DNA of 64,000 bases. Source: Patescibacteria group bacterium. GTDB taxonomy: Bacteria; Patescibacteriota; Minisyncoccia; Phycocordibacterales; UBA918. The stretch lies in contig JAIEOU010000005.1 in assembly GCA_019750255.1 (NCBI GenBank), forward strand, positions 14,078 to 78,077, written 5' to 3'. The position numbers and the translations under genes were made by a program. Below are positions 28,604-38,059 of this stretch, piece after piece (position 1 is the first letter of the stretch; each line of letters starts with the position of its first letter). Below the pieces are notes generated by a model that saw nothing but the letters and a program-made list of their open reading frames with translations, made no database searches and had not been told where the DNA came from.

Positions 28604-29200
28604 ATGAAAAACTTTAAATCAGGCGGCTTCCGTAAGGAGCGCGGTGGAGACGGGATGTTTCCGCGAGGTGGGGGAGCAAAGCGACCGGGGGGAAGTTACA
28701 CAAAGCGTCCTGAACGGTCGTCCGGAGGAGATCGTGAGAACCGAGAAATGTTTACCGCTCAGTGCACAATGTGTGGCAAGTCCTGCGAAGTGCCTTTCCG
28801 TCCAAGTGGTGATCGGCCAGTGCTCTGTCGTGATTGCTATGTCCGTAAGGATGGTGATGCGCCGCGCGAGGATCGTCGTCCAGACGCGCGAGCTAATGAC
28901 GGAGCTCGTCCCCAGCGTCGCGATGAGCGTGCCCCAGCCGAGTATCCAACCGTTCGTGTTGATCGGGGTATGGAAGAGGTCAAGCAAAAACTTGCGACAC
29001 TTGAAGCTAAGCTCAACCGAATTCTAGATCTGATTAATCCACCACAGCCTCGAGCGATTGTTCCTGAAGAAGCGGCTCCAGCAAAGGTGGTAAAGGTGGC
29101 AAAGGTTGCAGCAGAAGTGGTAGAAGTAAAAAAAGTGCGTAAAGAAAAAGTCGAGAAAGTTGCTCCAAAGAAGAAAGTGACCAAAAAATCCACGAAGTAA
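28604..29200 (+). CDS. RGG-rich / zinc-ribbon / lysine-rich putative nucleic-acid-binding protein
   Basis: N-terminal RGG/Gly-Arg region. One CxxCG...PFRP...RPVLCRDCY zinc ribbon, the same motif as in 26803..27312. A coiled-coil follows, and the tail is KVVKVAKVAAEVVEVKKVRKEKVEKVAPKKKVTKK. Confidence 0.55.
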   Translation: MKNFKSGGFRKERGGDGMFPRGGGAKRPGGSYTKRPERSSGGDRENREMFTAQCTMCGKSCEVPFRPSGDRPVLCRDCYVRKDGDAPREDRRPDARANDGARPQRRDERAPAEYPTVRVDRGMEEVKQKLATLEAKLNRILDLINPPQPRAIVPEEAAPAKVVKVAKVAAEVVEVKKVRKEKVEKVAPKKKVTKKSTK

Positions 29201-29202
29201 TA

Positions 29203-29228
29203 AAGGCCCCTGCGGGGGCTTTTATCGT
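29203..29228 (+). terminator. Rho-independent terminator
   Basis: aaaggcccc-tgc-gggggcttttat. Confidence 0.75.
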
Positions 29229-29230
29229 GC

Positions 29231-31147
29231 TTGCCTGATTCAGTGTTACAATTAAAACGTATGCTGCAAGCGCTCTGGTCTCACCGCTCGTTCGTTGTTC
29301 TGACAGCAGCCATCATGCTCCTGGCGTTCTTTAGCGCGCGGTGGGTATTTCTATCTATGACACCTCCTCCGCCTAAGGAAAATGCAGAGTATAAAGACAG
29401 CACGCTGCCAGCATCAGTGCGTGCACTCGATCTCCTTTCCTACATGTCACTCGAAGAAAAGGTGGGGCAGATGGCTCTGGTTGAGAAGAACAGTGTGGCG
29501 TCATCAAACGACATTGTTGCCTATGGTTTGGGCGGATTGCTGAGTGGTTCGGGAGCAAGGCCCGTGGACAACTCATTTAGTGGGTGGCGCACGATGATCG
29601 ATGACTATATGGATACCGCCCGTAGCTCACGCCTTGGTATTCCATTACTGTATGGGGTTGATGCGGTCCACGGACATGCGCATGTGCCGGGGGCGACCAT
29701 TTTTCCGCATGCTATTGGTTTGGGGGCTGCGGCTGATCCGGCGCTTGTCGAGGCGATTGGCAGAGCAACTGCTCGTGAGCTTTCCGCTACGAGTATTAAC
29801 TGGAATTACGCACCTACACTCGACCTGCCTCGCGACATACGCTGGGGGCGTGTATATGAAAGTTTTTCTGATGATGCGGAGCTTGCTGGAATTCTGGGGG
29901 CGGCCTATGTGCGCGGGCTTCAGGGTGCTAACACTGCGGGCGAAGAAAAAGTGGTGCTGGCGACACTGAAGCACTACATCGGTCTGGGTTCCATGCAGTG
30001 GGATACCTCGAGCAATAAAAATTTTCGAATTGATCAAGGCCTTACCGTTGCGGATGATGCTGCCTTGCGCAGTGATTACCTGCCGGCTTTTGCGACCGGC
30101 GTTGCGGCCGGAGCGGGGAGCGTGATGGTGGGATTAAATACCTGGGGCAAAAAGAAACTGGCGGCCGAATCATATTTGATAACTGATGTGTTGAAGGGAG
30201 AGCTCGGCTTTAAAGGGTTTGTTGTGTCTGACTGGTACGGTGTGTATGAAATTCCTGGCCCCCGCTTTTTCGCGACGGCAGAAGCGGTTAATGCAGGGGT
30301 GGATATGGTTATGTTACCGTTTGACTATAAAGCCTTCACTCGCCATATGAAGATTGCCGTATGGCTGGGGCTCGTGTCACAAGCCAGAGTTGATGATGCT
30401 GTGGTGCGAATACTGGAAGCCAAGTTCGCCTTGGGTTTATTTGATGATAGGGAAGTGCCGGTGTCGTACGATGAGGTAGCGCACAGCAACCTCGCACGAA
30501 CCGCAGTGGCAGCGTCGCAGGTGTTACTTAAAAATGATAATTCGCTCCTGCCGCTTAGCTCAAACACTCGCCATATTAGGGTGGTTGGGAGCGCCGCCAA
30601 TAACGTAGGGATGCAAGCTGGCGCCTGGACAGTGGAGTGGCAGGGAGTTGATGGGAACTGGCTGCCAAACACTACTTCAATCCTGGCTGGGATAAAAGAA
30701 GCGGTGGCGCCGGGAGTTATTGTTGAATACGATGAGCGGGGCGAGTTTGCTCCGGGTAGTAAACGAGCACCCGTGGGGATTGCGGTTGTGGGTGAGCGGC
30801 CGTATGCAGAAGGGTGGGGTGACAAGGAATACCCCATGCTTGATGAGGCAGATCGCGAGGCAATCAAAAAACTCCAAGCGTCCACTGAACAGGTGGTGGT
30901 GGTGATTGTGTCGGGCCGGCCGCTTTTTATTTCGAATGAAATTGATTCGTGGGACGGGCTTGTAGCTGCCTGGTTGCCGGGCGGGGAAGGAGCAGGGGTC
31001 GCTGATGTGTTGTTCGGCAAGGTACCCTTTACGGGCACCCTACCACTGCCGTGGCCGCGCCACGCAGAACAACTACCACTGACGGCCGACGGCGTAACGG
31101 CTGACGGGACACCGATATTGTTCCCTCGTTTCTATTCGCTGCGTTAG
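29231..31147 (+). CDS. Glycoside hydrolase family 3 (beta-glucosidase/beta-hexosaminidase-like), membrane-anchored
   Basis: N-terminal TM. GH3 catalytic region with KHYIGLG and the nucleophile motif GFKGFVVSDW. GH3 C-terminal domain. Confidence 0.8.
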   Translation: MPDSVLQLKRMLQALWSHRSFVVLTAAIMLLAFFSARWVFLSMTPPPPKENAEYKDSTLPASVRALDLLSYMSLEEKVGQMALVEKNSVASSNDIVAYGLGGLLSGSGARPVDNSFSGWRTMIDDYMDTARSSRLGIPLLYGVDAVHGHAHVPGATIFPHAIGLGAAADPALVEAIGRATARELSATSINWNYAPTLDLPRDIRWGRVYESFSDDAELAGILGAAYVRGLQGANTAGEEKVVLATLKHYIGLGSMQWDTSSNKNFRIDQGLTVADDAALRSDYLPAFATGVAAGAGSVMVGLNTWGKKKLAAESYLITDVLKGELGFKGFVVSDWYGVYEIPGPRFFATAEAVNAGVDMVMLPFDYKAFTRHMKIAVWLGLVSQARVDDAVVRILEAKFALGLFDDREVPVSYDEVAHSNLARTAVAASQVLLKNDNSLLPLSSNTRHIRVVGSAANNVGMQAGAWTVEWQGVDGNWLPNTTSILAGIKEAVAPGVIVEYDERGEFAPGSKRAPVGIAVVGERPYAEGWGDKEYPMLDEADREAIKKLQASTEQVVVVIVSGRPLFISNEIDSWDGLVAAWLPGGEGAGVADVLFGKVPFTGTLPLPWPRHAEQLPLTADGVTADGTPILFPRFYSLR

Positions 31148-31199
31148 CGGGCGAAAGAAAGTGGCTTTCGTACCGTAGTAAGGGTGCTCAGCTGATTTA

Positions 31200-31739
31200 T
31201 TGTTAACATCTTTTATGTCAATTTCATATTACGACACTACCGTACCGGTTTTTATTAAAAATCTCGAGAACCTCAAAGCCTTTATGGCCAAAGGTGTGGC
31301 ACATGCGGCACAGAACAGTGTAGCCGAAACAGATTTTCTTGCCCTGCAACTTTCGCCTGATATGTTCCCACTCATCCGCCAGATTCAGATTTCAACTGAC
31401 AACGCGAAGGGGGCGGTAGCACGACTTACTGGTGCTACTCCACTGGCTCTCCCGGATACCGAAACTACCTGGGCTGAACTGTCAGCTAGAGTTGATACGG
31501 TGATCGAGCATCTACGTACGTTTACTCCCGGGCACTTTGAAAAGGCTGGTGAAGCCGAGGTGTCTCTGCCATATTTCCCGGGTAAGTACTTTACCGGCCA
31601 TGACTATCTCGTTGAGTATGTCCTCCCAAACTTCTTCTTCCATATCAATATGGCGTACGCCATTATTCGCAGTAGTGGGGTACCCCTCGGAAAGGGTGAT
31701 TACCTTGGGTCGCTTACCCTCCACGATGTTAAGGCTTAG
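31200..31739 (+). CDS. DUF1993 family protein
   Basis: LPNFFFHINMAYAIIRSSGVPLGKGDYLG matches the DUF1993 C-terminal signature. Confidence 0.6.
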   Translation: MLTSFMSISYYDTTVPVFIKNLENLKAFMAKGVAHAAQNSVAETDFLALQLSPDMFPLIRQIQISTDNAKGAVARLTGATPLALPDTETTWAELSARVDTVIEHLRTFTPGHFEKAGEAEVSLPYFPGKYFTGHDYLVEYVLPNFFFHINMAYAIIRSSGVPLGKGDYLGSLTLHDVKA

Positions 31740-31756
31740 CTAGCGCTGAACATACT

Positions 31757-32341
31757 ATGATAACTATTAAAATAATTAGTGGCTCTAGTCGTCCTCTGCG
31801 CTTTAACGATCAGCCGGTTCGGTTTGTTGAGCAGGTTGCGCGCGAGGCACTGATGAGTAAAGAGGTTACTGTTGAGGTGCTTGATCTAGCTTCCATAAAC
31901 CTCCCGTTTCTAGATGAGGCTAAGCCTCCGATGATGCAGGACTATGCACATGACCATACGAAGGTCTGGTCAAAGACCATTGCTGAGGCTGACGGCTTCA
32001 TTATGGTGACGCCCGAGTATAATCACTCCTATTCACCGGTACTGAAGAATGCTATCGATTATTTGTTTAAAGAGTGGAACCATAAGCCGGTGTCGTTTGT
32101 TAGTTACGGTTCTCTAGCGGGTGGGTCAAGGGCAGTCGAGCATTTGCGAGGTGTCGCCGGAGAGCTCAAAATGTATGACTTGCGGGAACAAGTGATGCTA
32201 CCCAACTATTGGGATCATATGACAGAAGAAGGAACGTATGATTTTACGGAACGTCACAAAGAGAGCGTGAAGGAACTCGTAGAACAGCTCACGTTTTGGG
32301 CAACGGAGATGAAGGCTGTCCGTGCCAAGATGGTCGTGTAA
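31757..32341 (+). CDS. NAD(P)H-dependent FMN reductase family oxidoreductase
   Basis: IISGSSRP...FIMVTPEYNHSYSPVLKNAIDYL is the flavodoxin-like FMN_red signature. Confidence 0.8.
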   Translation: MITIKIISGSSRPLRFNDQPVRFVEQVAREALMSKEVTVEVLDLASINLPFLDEAKPPMMQDYAHDHTKVWSKTIAEADGFIMVTPEYNHSYSPVLKNAIDYLFKEWNHKPVSFVSYGSLAGGSRAVEHLRGVAGELKMYDLREQVMLPNYWDHMTEEGTYDFTERHKESVKELVEQLTFWATEMKAVRAKMVV

Positions 32342-32350
32342 ATTGAATTA

Positions 32351-32389
32351 AAATCACTCCCTCTAATCTATTGAGGGAGTGATTTTTTT
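32351..32389 (+). terminator. Rho-independent terminator
   Basis: aaatcactccctc-taatctatt-gagggagtgattttttt. Confidence 0.8.
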
Positions 32390-32436
32390 GTGGTGATAAA
32401 GAGCATGGAAGGAAAAGGTGGGAGTATAATCTAACA

Positions 32437-33465
32437 ATGCAAGGAAAAAAATATGGGCTTGGTTTTTTGGTACTTCTCGCTGCTGCCATTACCATTGGAC
32501 TTCTGGTGTATGCGTATCAGGTTAAGACGGGCCAGAATTTTGACGAACAAGACGGGACGCAGCCAGTACCTATTACTTTGTCGGGTAAGCGTGAGTGCTT
32601 GCCTCGTAAAGATACGGGTGGTGCAGAGGCGAAAGAATGCACACTAGGATTTCGAACGGAAAGTGGGGAGTACTACATATTTGATACAGAAAGTGCGGCA
32701 GAGGTACCTGACTTTATGAAGGAAGAAGTATTTACGGCCATCGGGACCATTAAGCCGATAGAGCGGTTAAGTACAACCACGTGGAATGCCTTCGATGTGG
32801 TTGGCGTATTTTCGGTAAATGAAATTAAGATGGTCGCGGGTGCAAAACCAGAACCAGAACCAGAACCAGTTCCTGTCGCGCCTGCGCCACCCACACCGCT
32901 ACCACCAGTGCAGGGGTGCTTTGTGGGAGGGTGCTCGAGAGAGGTGTGCGGTAGTGAGCCGGAGGTGGTCACAAACTGCATGTACAAAGAAGAATACGCC
33001 TGTTACCAGACCGCCGTATGTGAGCGTCAAGCGAGTGGTGTGTGTGGATGGACCGAGACCCCCGGTTTGGTTTCGTGTCTCAGTGCTGTGGCTGATGGAG
33101 ATTCTGAAGTGCCGGCAGTCAATTCATCGCTCACTGTTAAGTCGTGGGAATGGATAACGGCAGAATACAGTGATGGACGTACTGTTGTGCCTAAGGAGTC
33201 GGGGCGATTCGTACTCAGCTTTGATGCTAAGGGAACTTGGTTTGCGCGCACCGATTGTAATGGGGTAGGGGGAGAGTACGTACTTGGTGCAAATGATCAG
33301 CTCACCTTTTCAGAGATGATGCGTAGCACGCTCATGTACTGTGGCGACTCGCAGGAAGTGGTATTTCAACAGCTGCTCCGGGATACTGTGGTCTATCACA
33401 TTACCGGCGCAGGTGAGTTGGTCCTTACCCTCAAGGCGGGTGGTGGAACTGTTCTCTTTCGCTAG
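32437..33465 (+). CDS. Membrane-anchored protein with Pro/Glu linker, Cys-rich segment and C-terminal META/HslJ-like domain
   Basis: N-terminal TM and a (PE)n linker encoded by a GAACCA microsatellite. The C-terminal ~110 aa fit the META pattern (W.W......G.......G.F.L.F.......R.DCN...G.Y.......L.F......T.M.C). Confidence 0.55.
   Translation: MQGKKYGLGFLVLLAAAITIGLLVYAYQVKTGQNFDEQDGTQPVPITLSGKRECLPRKDTGGAEAKECTLGFRTESGEYYIFDTESAAEVPDFMKEEVFTAIGTIKPIERLSTTTWNAFDVVGVFSVNEIKMVAGAKPEPEPEPVPVAPAPPTPLPPVQGCFVGGCSREVCGSEPEVVTNCMYKEEYACYQTAVCERQASGVCGWTETPGLVSCLSAVADGDSEVPAVNSSLTVKSWEWITAEYSDGRTVVPKESGRFVLSFDAKGTWFARTDCNGVGGEYVLGANDQLTFSEMMRSTLMYCGDSQEVVFQQLLRDTVVYHITGAGELVLTLKAGGGTVLFR
32838..32868 (+). 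repeat. (GAACCA)n microsatellite encoding PEPEPEP
   Basis: ccagaaccagaaccagaaccagaaccag inside the CDS. Confidence 0.8.
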
Positions 33466-33523
33466 ATGGACGCGCAACGTACGGTGAGGCAGCAAGGCGC
33501 ATTCATTGGGTTGCTTTTGCTTC

Positions 33524-33532
33524 TGCTACAAT
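33524..33532 (+). promoter_or_regulatory. Extended -10 TGcTACAAT, 7 nt before GTG 33540 (leaderless)
   Basis: tgctacaatagtag is the same 14-mer as at 52581. Confidence 0.4.
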
Positions 33533-33539
33533 AGTAGGT

Positions 33540-33998
33540 GTGAAAGAACGATTTCCTTTCGTCAGTGCGGTGTACCTCCTTCACATCAAAGATGGTCAGA
33601 TACTGCTCGCGAGGCGGTGTAACACTGGTTATAAAGATGGTGAGTACGGAGTGCCGGCTGGGCATCTGGACGGTAATGAGACAGCTCGTGCGGGTATGGT
33701 ACGAGAGCTTAAGGAGGAGATAGGAATTACCGCTTCCCCCGATGATCTTCAGGTCGTACATGTCCTCCAGCGTAAAGCGAGCAACGAGAGGATTGAGTTT
33801 TTCCTCACCCTCAGTCGTCATGAGGGCGAGATTAGAAACACCGAGCCAGATAAGTGTGATGACCTACGGTTCTTTCCATTAACAGCCCTCCCTGAAAACA
33901 CCATTGATTTTGTCAGGTTTGTTGTAGAACGCTATCAGGTCGGTGAGTTTTACTCAGAGTTCGGGTACTCGTCACAAGAGCATACTGACAGTGTATAG
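33540..33998 (+). CDS. Nudix hydrolase
   Basis: GTG start. Nudix box GHLDGNETARAGMVRELKEEIGI. Confidence 0.8.
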   Translation: MKERFPFVSAVYLLHIKDGQILLARRCNTGYKDGEYGVPAGHLDGNETARAGMVRELKEEIGITASPDDLQVVHVLQRKASNERIEFFLTLSRHEGEIRNTEPDKCDDLRFFPLTALPENTIDFVRFVVERYQVGEFYSEFGYSSQEHTDSV

Positions 33999-34457
33999 TT
34001 GTGTGTTATGTCTTTAACTTCAAAGTTTGTAGTTCGTAGTCGTGCGGTTGTTGTTCATGATGGTAAGTTGTTGGTCGTACGCCACGCACATAATCCCTCA
34101 TACGCAGCCCTTCCCGGGGGACATCTCGAGTTTGGTGAATCACCTGAAGAGTGTTTGATTCGCGAGATTATAGAGGAGCTCGGCGCAACGCCAGTGCTCG
34201 GTCGCTTGCTGTACGTAAACACTTTCACCATCACCGTCGACGGAGTTCCTACCCAACCGCTAGAGTTTTTCTTTGAGGTTACAAATTCCGTTGATTTCCT
34301 CGACATTACAGAAGAGGGACGTAGTCATGCCCACGAGCTTGCCGCTATCGAGTGGGTGGAGGCCGACTCAAGTGTTACCATTTTACCGACTCGCATTGCT
34401 GAAGATTTGAGAGCGGGGAAGCTCCTTGCTGAAGGTGTTCGTTTTAATAAAAATTAA
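33999..34457 (+). CDS. Nudix hydrolase (second, tandem)
   Basis: Nudix box GGHLEFGESPEECLIREIIEELG. Confidence 0.8.
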   Translation: MCVMSLTSKFVVRSRAVVVHDGKLLVVRHAHNPSYAALPGGHLEFGESPEECLIREIIEELGATPVLGRLLYVNTFTITVDGVPTQPLEFFFEVTNSVDFLDITEEGRSHAHELAAIEWVEADSSVTILPTRIAEDLRAGKLLAEGVRFNKN

Positions 34458-34462
34458 TTACT

Positions 34463-35179
34463 ATGGAGTTCCTTCCGGTAATGACGCGGGTATTGCTTCC
34501 GCCACAAGACGATTTACGTGCCGTGTTGAAAGAGTCACTCCCGCCTTTAAGGGAACGTGATATTGTCGTCATTTCTTCAAAGGTGGTGGCGATTCACGAG
34601 GGGCGCTGTGTTGCGAAATCTGGTTTTGACAAAAATGCGCTCATTAAACAGGAAGCTGAGTTGGTTATTCCGCGCGGGTACGCTAAGTGGCCGCTTGTCG
34701 TATCCCGGCACGCCTTTGTCAGCGGCGCTGGTATTGATGAAAGTAATGGTAATGGCTACCATATATTGCTACCCGAGGACGTTTTTAAGAGTGCGCAGTC
34801 TCTCCACGAACACCTGTGTGTTACATACGGAATTGCCGATCTGGGCATAATTATTACTGATAGTGCCTCGGCACCCTTTCGTTACGGCGCACAGGGGGTT
34901 GCGCTTTCATGGTGGGGAATGGAACCACTCCAAAACCACATTGGCCGAACAGATTTATTTGGTCGTGAGATTCGCTACGAACGTTCAAACGTGGTTGATG
35001 GTATCGCGGGGGGAGCAACAGTCGTCGGTGGTGAAGTGGATGAGGCAACGCCAATTGTTATCGTGCGCGGTGTCCCGCGGGTAACGTTCGTGGCGGGCGA
35101 TACTCGCGATCAATTACTGGCACCATTTAGTGAGGACCGGTTCCGAGTTTTGTATGAAGAGTGGCTCCCTAAGGATTAG
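34463..35179 (+). CDS. CofE-like (F420-0:gamma-glutamyl ligase family) protein
   Basis: N-terminal RERDIVVISSKVVAIHEGRCV resembles the CofE substrate-binding region. About 240 aa. Confidence 0.5.
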   Translation: MEFLPVMTRVLLPPQDDLRAVLKESLPPLRERDIVVISSKVVAIHEGRCVAKSGFDKNALIKQEAELVIPRGYAKWPLVVSRHAFVSGAGIDESNGNGYHILLPEDVFKSAQSLHEHLCVTYGIADLGIIITDSASAPFRYGAQGVALSWWGMEPLQNHIGRTDLFGREIRYERSNVVDGIAGGATVVGGEVDEATPIVIVRGVPRVTFVAGDTRDQLLAPFSEDRFRVLYEEWLPKD

Positions 35180-35241
35180 ATTGATTTTTCAGTCAGTTGT
35201 GACATAGTAGCTGTAGAAACATCCTGCTACCTGCACGGGCG

Positions 35242-35694
35242 GTGCTGAAAGGATATGCGATGTCCGCTGTTGATAAACTAAACAATAGTGAGAACGTTTA
35301 CGCTCAGCTGCTTGGGGCGCCAGAAAAAATTCTGCAGGCGCTCACGGCGTTGCATCAATTCTCAGCAACCTTAGCTCCTCCTCATCGCCTCACGAGTAAT
35401 GAATTCGCAGAGGAGGTTTCTCGTGCCGTCAATGTAGGTGCCCCTCGCAACAGTGGCCCGTTCATTGCGCTATTAAAGGCGCTCAAGAAAATGGGTCTAA
35501 TTGAAGAGGCGGTATTAGCACTTACGTATAAGTATCCCGCAAACAAGCGGTACATTCAGGTGAGTGCGCTTGGAATAAAAATGGTTGAGTGGGGACTTGA
35601 TTTTTCACGAAAAGAGAAAGCACTCACAAGCATCAAGGAGCTGGTCGGAAAAAATGTTCCGCTATACGCTCCGCCCCCGTCAGGAAGTTCCTGA
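35242..35694 (+). CDS. Hypothetical protein
   Basis: 150-aa ORF with no recognised motif. Confidence 0.4.
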   Translation: MLKGYAMSAVDKLNNSENVYAQLLGAPEKILQALTALHQFSATLAPPHRLTSNEFAEEVSRAVNVGAPRNSGPFIALLKALKKMGLIEEAVLALTYKYPANKRYIQVSALGIKMVEWGLDFSRKEKALTSIKELVGKNVPLYAPPPSGSS

Positions 35695-35738
35695 CGGGGT
35701 ATCTTTAATAAAAGACCTCGTACGGTGCCCTGTCAGAT

Positions 35739-37136
35739 TTGTGCTGTATAATGTCACCTATGCCTACCACATCATCCCTTGCAGCCAATTACCTTCAAGC
35801 CTTTAAAGAAGCCGATATTCGCGGCGTCTACCCAAAAGAGATTGACGAAGAAGTGGCGTATTTAATAGCGCGCGCCTTTGTTGAGGAATTTTCCTATAAG
35901 CAAGTAGTGGTCGGGCGTGACATGCGACTATCATCACCCCAGCTTAGGGACTCTTTTGTTCGAGGTGTCATTGATGCGGGCGCAAGGGTGGTTGATATCG
36001 GCCTCGTAACCACCCCTATGCTGTATTTTGCGTCAGCTACGATGAAGCTTCCGGGGGTAATGATCACCGCATCGCACAGCCCTAAGGACCAGAACGGACT
36101 CAAGCTCGTTTCGACTGGAGCGGTACCTCTGACCGAAAAGACCGGCTTGCGCGCGATCCGTAACCGACTTACAAAAGGAACGTTCTTGCCCGATGCTGCG
36201 CGACCGGGAACGGTGGTGGAAAAAGACATCATAGCTGCGTTTGCTCGGTATGTACTTAAGGGGAACAAAATTCCTAAAGGAGCGGCCCAGGTGCGGGTGG
36301 TGGTGGACTGCGGGAACGGCATGGGGACGCTCCTGTTGCCAATACTCAGGGATCTTGGTTTGGACGTGACGCCTCTCTTTGTCGAGCTTGATGGAGCCTT
36401 TCCGCATCGTGGTTCCAATCCAACCGTGCCAAAAAATCAAAAGGCGATAGCAGCTGCGCTCAAAGCGGGAGAGTTCGATTTTGGTATAGCGTTTGATGGG
36501 GATGCCGATCGGGTGGCTTTCTTTGATGAGCGTGGTCAGTTCATAAACTGTGGAGCAATTGGGGCTCTGATCGCAGAGACGCTTCTACCGAAGAATCCAA
36601 AGGCGGTGTTTGTGGGTACGGTACTCACCAGTCGCGCCTTTCGTGAGGCGGTAATTACCCACGGTGGGCGATACAAGGAAGCGAGAGTAGGGCACTCGTA
36701 TGTCAAAGAGGTGATGCATAAAAACGACGCAGTGTTCGGGTGTGAGCACTCGGGACATTTTTTCTTTAAAGATTTTTTCCATACTGATACGGTAGAGCTC
36801 ACTATCCGAAGCGTCCTACATGCATATCGTACGGCTGGGGTCGCGTTTTCTGCACTGGTCTCACCGTATACTCAGTATTATCAAACTGAAGATTTGATGG
36901 TGGCAGTGTCTGATGAGAAAACGGCGTTGGCGGGAATGGTGGCGCAGGCACAGAAAGAAGCGGGAGCGAGGATGGTACTGCGGGACGGACTGACGCTCAA
37001 TTATGGAGATGCTTGGGTGGTTATTAAGCCGAGTGTTACTGAGACAGCCCTCAATATCATAGCTGAAGGGACTAATAAAAAGCGAGTCATTACTCTGCGT
37101 GACGCGGCAGTTGCGCAAGCGCGTCTCCTCGCGTAA
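35739..37136 (+). CDS. Phosphohexomutase (phosphomannomutase/phosphoglucomutase/GlmM family)
   Basis: Active-site Ser loop TASHSPKDQNGLK and metal-binding GIAFDGDADR. Confidence 0.85.
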   Translation: MCCIMSPMPTTSSLAANYLQAFKEADIRGVYPKEIDEEVAYLIARAFVEEFSYKQVVVGRDMRLSSPQLRDSFVRGVIDAGARVVDIGLVTTPMLYFASATMKLPGVMITASHSPKDQNGLKLVSTGAVPLTEKTGLRAIRNRLTKGTFLPDAARPGTVVEKDIIAAFARYVLKGNKIPKGAAQVRVVVDCGNGMGTLLLPILRDLGLDVTPLFVELDGAFPHRGSNPTVPKNQKAIAAALKAGEFDFGIAFDGDADRVAFFDERGQFINCGAIGALIAETLLPKNPKAVFVGTVLTSRAFREAVITHGGRYKEARVGHSYVKEVMHKNDAVFGCEHSGHFFFKDFFHTDTVELTIRSVLHAYRTAGVAFSALVSPYTQYYQTEDLMVAVSDEKTALAGMVAQAQKEAGARMVLRDGLTLNYGDAWVVIKPSVTETALNIIAEGTNKKRVITLRDAAVAQARLLA

Positions 37137-37146
37137 GGTACCGTAC

Positions 37147-37977
37147 ATGGAGAAAAAATTCCGCCGTCCGGCCACTAAGGGGAGCGCATCTTTTACCGGT
37201 CAGCCTCTTCGCAAAAGTAAACCCAAAAGTGCACTTGAGTTTATTTTTGGCAAACACGCGGTTTTAGAAGCGGTAGAGCGGCGTCCCGATGTAGTGAGGG
37301 AGCTGTATGTGTCAGCTGATTTTACGGACGGTGCGTACCTGGAGCGTCTTCTTAAAACTGGTCTGTCACCTCGGCCACTTAATCCCAAAAATCCACCGCG
37401 CGGTATTTCTGCCAATGCCCCACACCAAGGGGTGGTGGCCGGAATCATGCCCGAGCGGCTCATGGTACCGTATGCGGATTTCATTACTACCTTCACTCCG
37501 GACGCACACACGGCACTCCTTCTTCTTGGGGAGGTACAAGATCCACATAATGTAGGGGCGGTGATTCGTAGTGCTGCTGCCTTTGGTTTTGCGGGCGTGC
37601 TTATTCCGCCACACAACCAAGCGCCAGTAACGGGAACTGTGGTTAAAGTATCTGCGGGGATGGCGTTTCGAATTCCGCTTGTGGCTATCGGTAACGTGAA
37701 CACCACTATGCGCGATTTAAAAGACCGCGGTTTCTGGATGTATGGTCTTGAGGGGGAAGGGAACGCTTCGACCACCACCGAGAAATTTACTCACCCCACC
37801 GTATTTCTCCTCGGAAACGAAGGAGAAGGTTTGCGCGAGAAAACCAAAGAGCTGTGTGACGGTCTGATTTCTATTCCGATTCACCCGAGGTGTGAATCTC
37901 TAAATGCGGCGGCGGCGGCGGCAATTGTTATGGCGACGTGGAGTGCCCAGCACCCCAAGGCCCTCTCGCGCAGATAG
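37147..37977 (+). CDS. TrmH/SpoU-family RNA 2'-O-methyltransferase (RlmB-like)
   Basis: SpoU motifs LLLGEVQDPHNVGAVIRSAAAFG, FLLGNEGEGL and ISIPIHP...SLNAAAAAAI. The start is taken at MEKKF. Confidence 0.8.
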   Translation: MEKKFRRPATKGSASFTGQPLRKSKPKSALEFIFGKHAVLEAVERRPDVVRELYVSADFTDGAYLERLLKTGLSPRPLNPKNPPRGISANAPHQGVVAGIMPERLMVPYADFITTFTPDAHTALLLLGEVQDPHNVGAVIRSAAAFGFAGVLIPPHNQAPVTGTVVKVSAGMAFRIPLVAIGNVNTTMRDLKDRGFWMYGLEGEGNASTTTEKFTHPTVFLLGNEGEGLREKTKELCDGLISIPIHPRCESLNAAAAAAIVMATWSAQHPKALSRR

Positions 37978-38059
37978 GGGGAATTGTAGTACAATAGCGC
38001 CACGATTTCGCCATGAGGCTCCTCATCGTGATACGTTTAGTAATGTAACTGTTTTGAAT

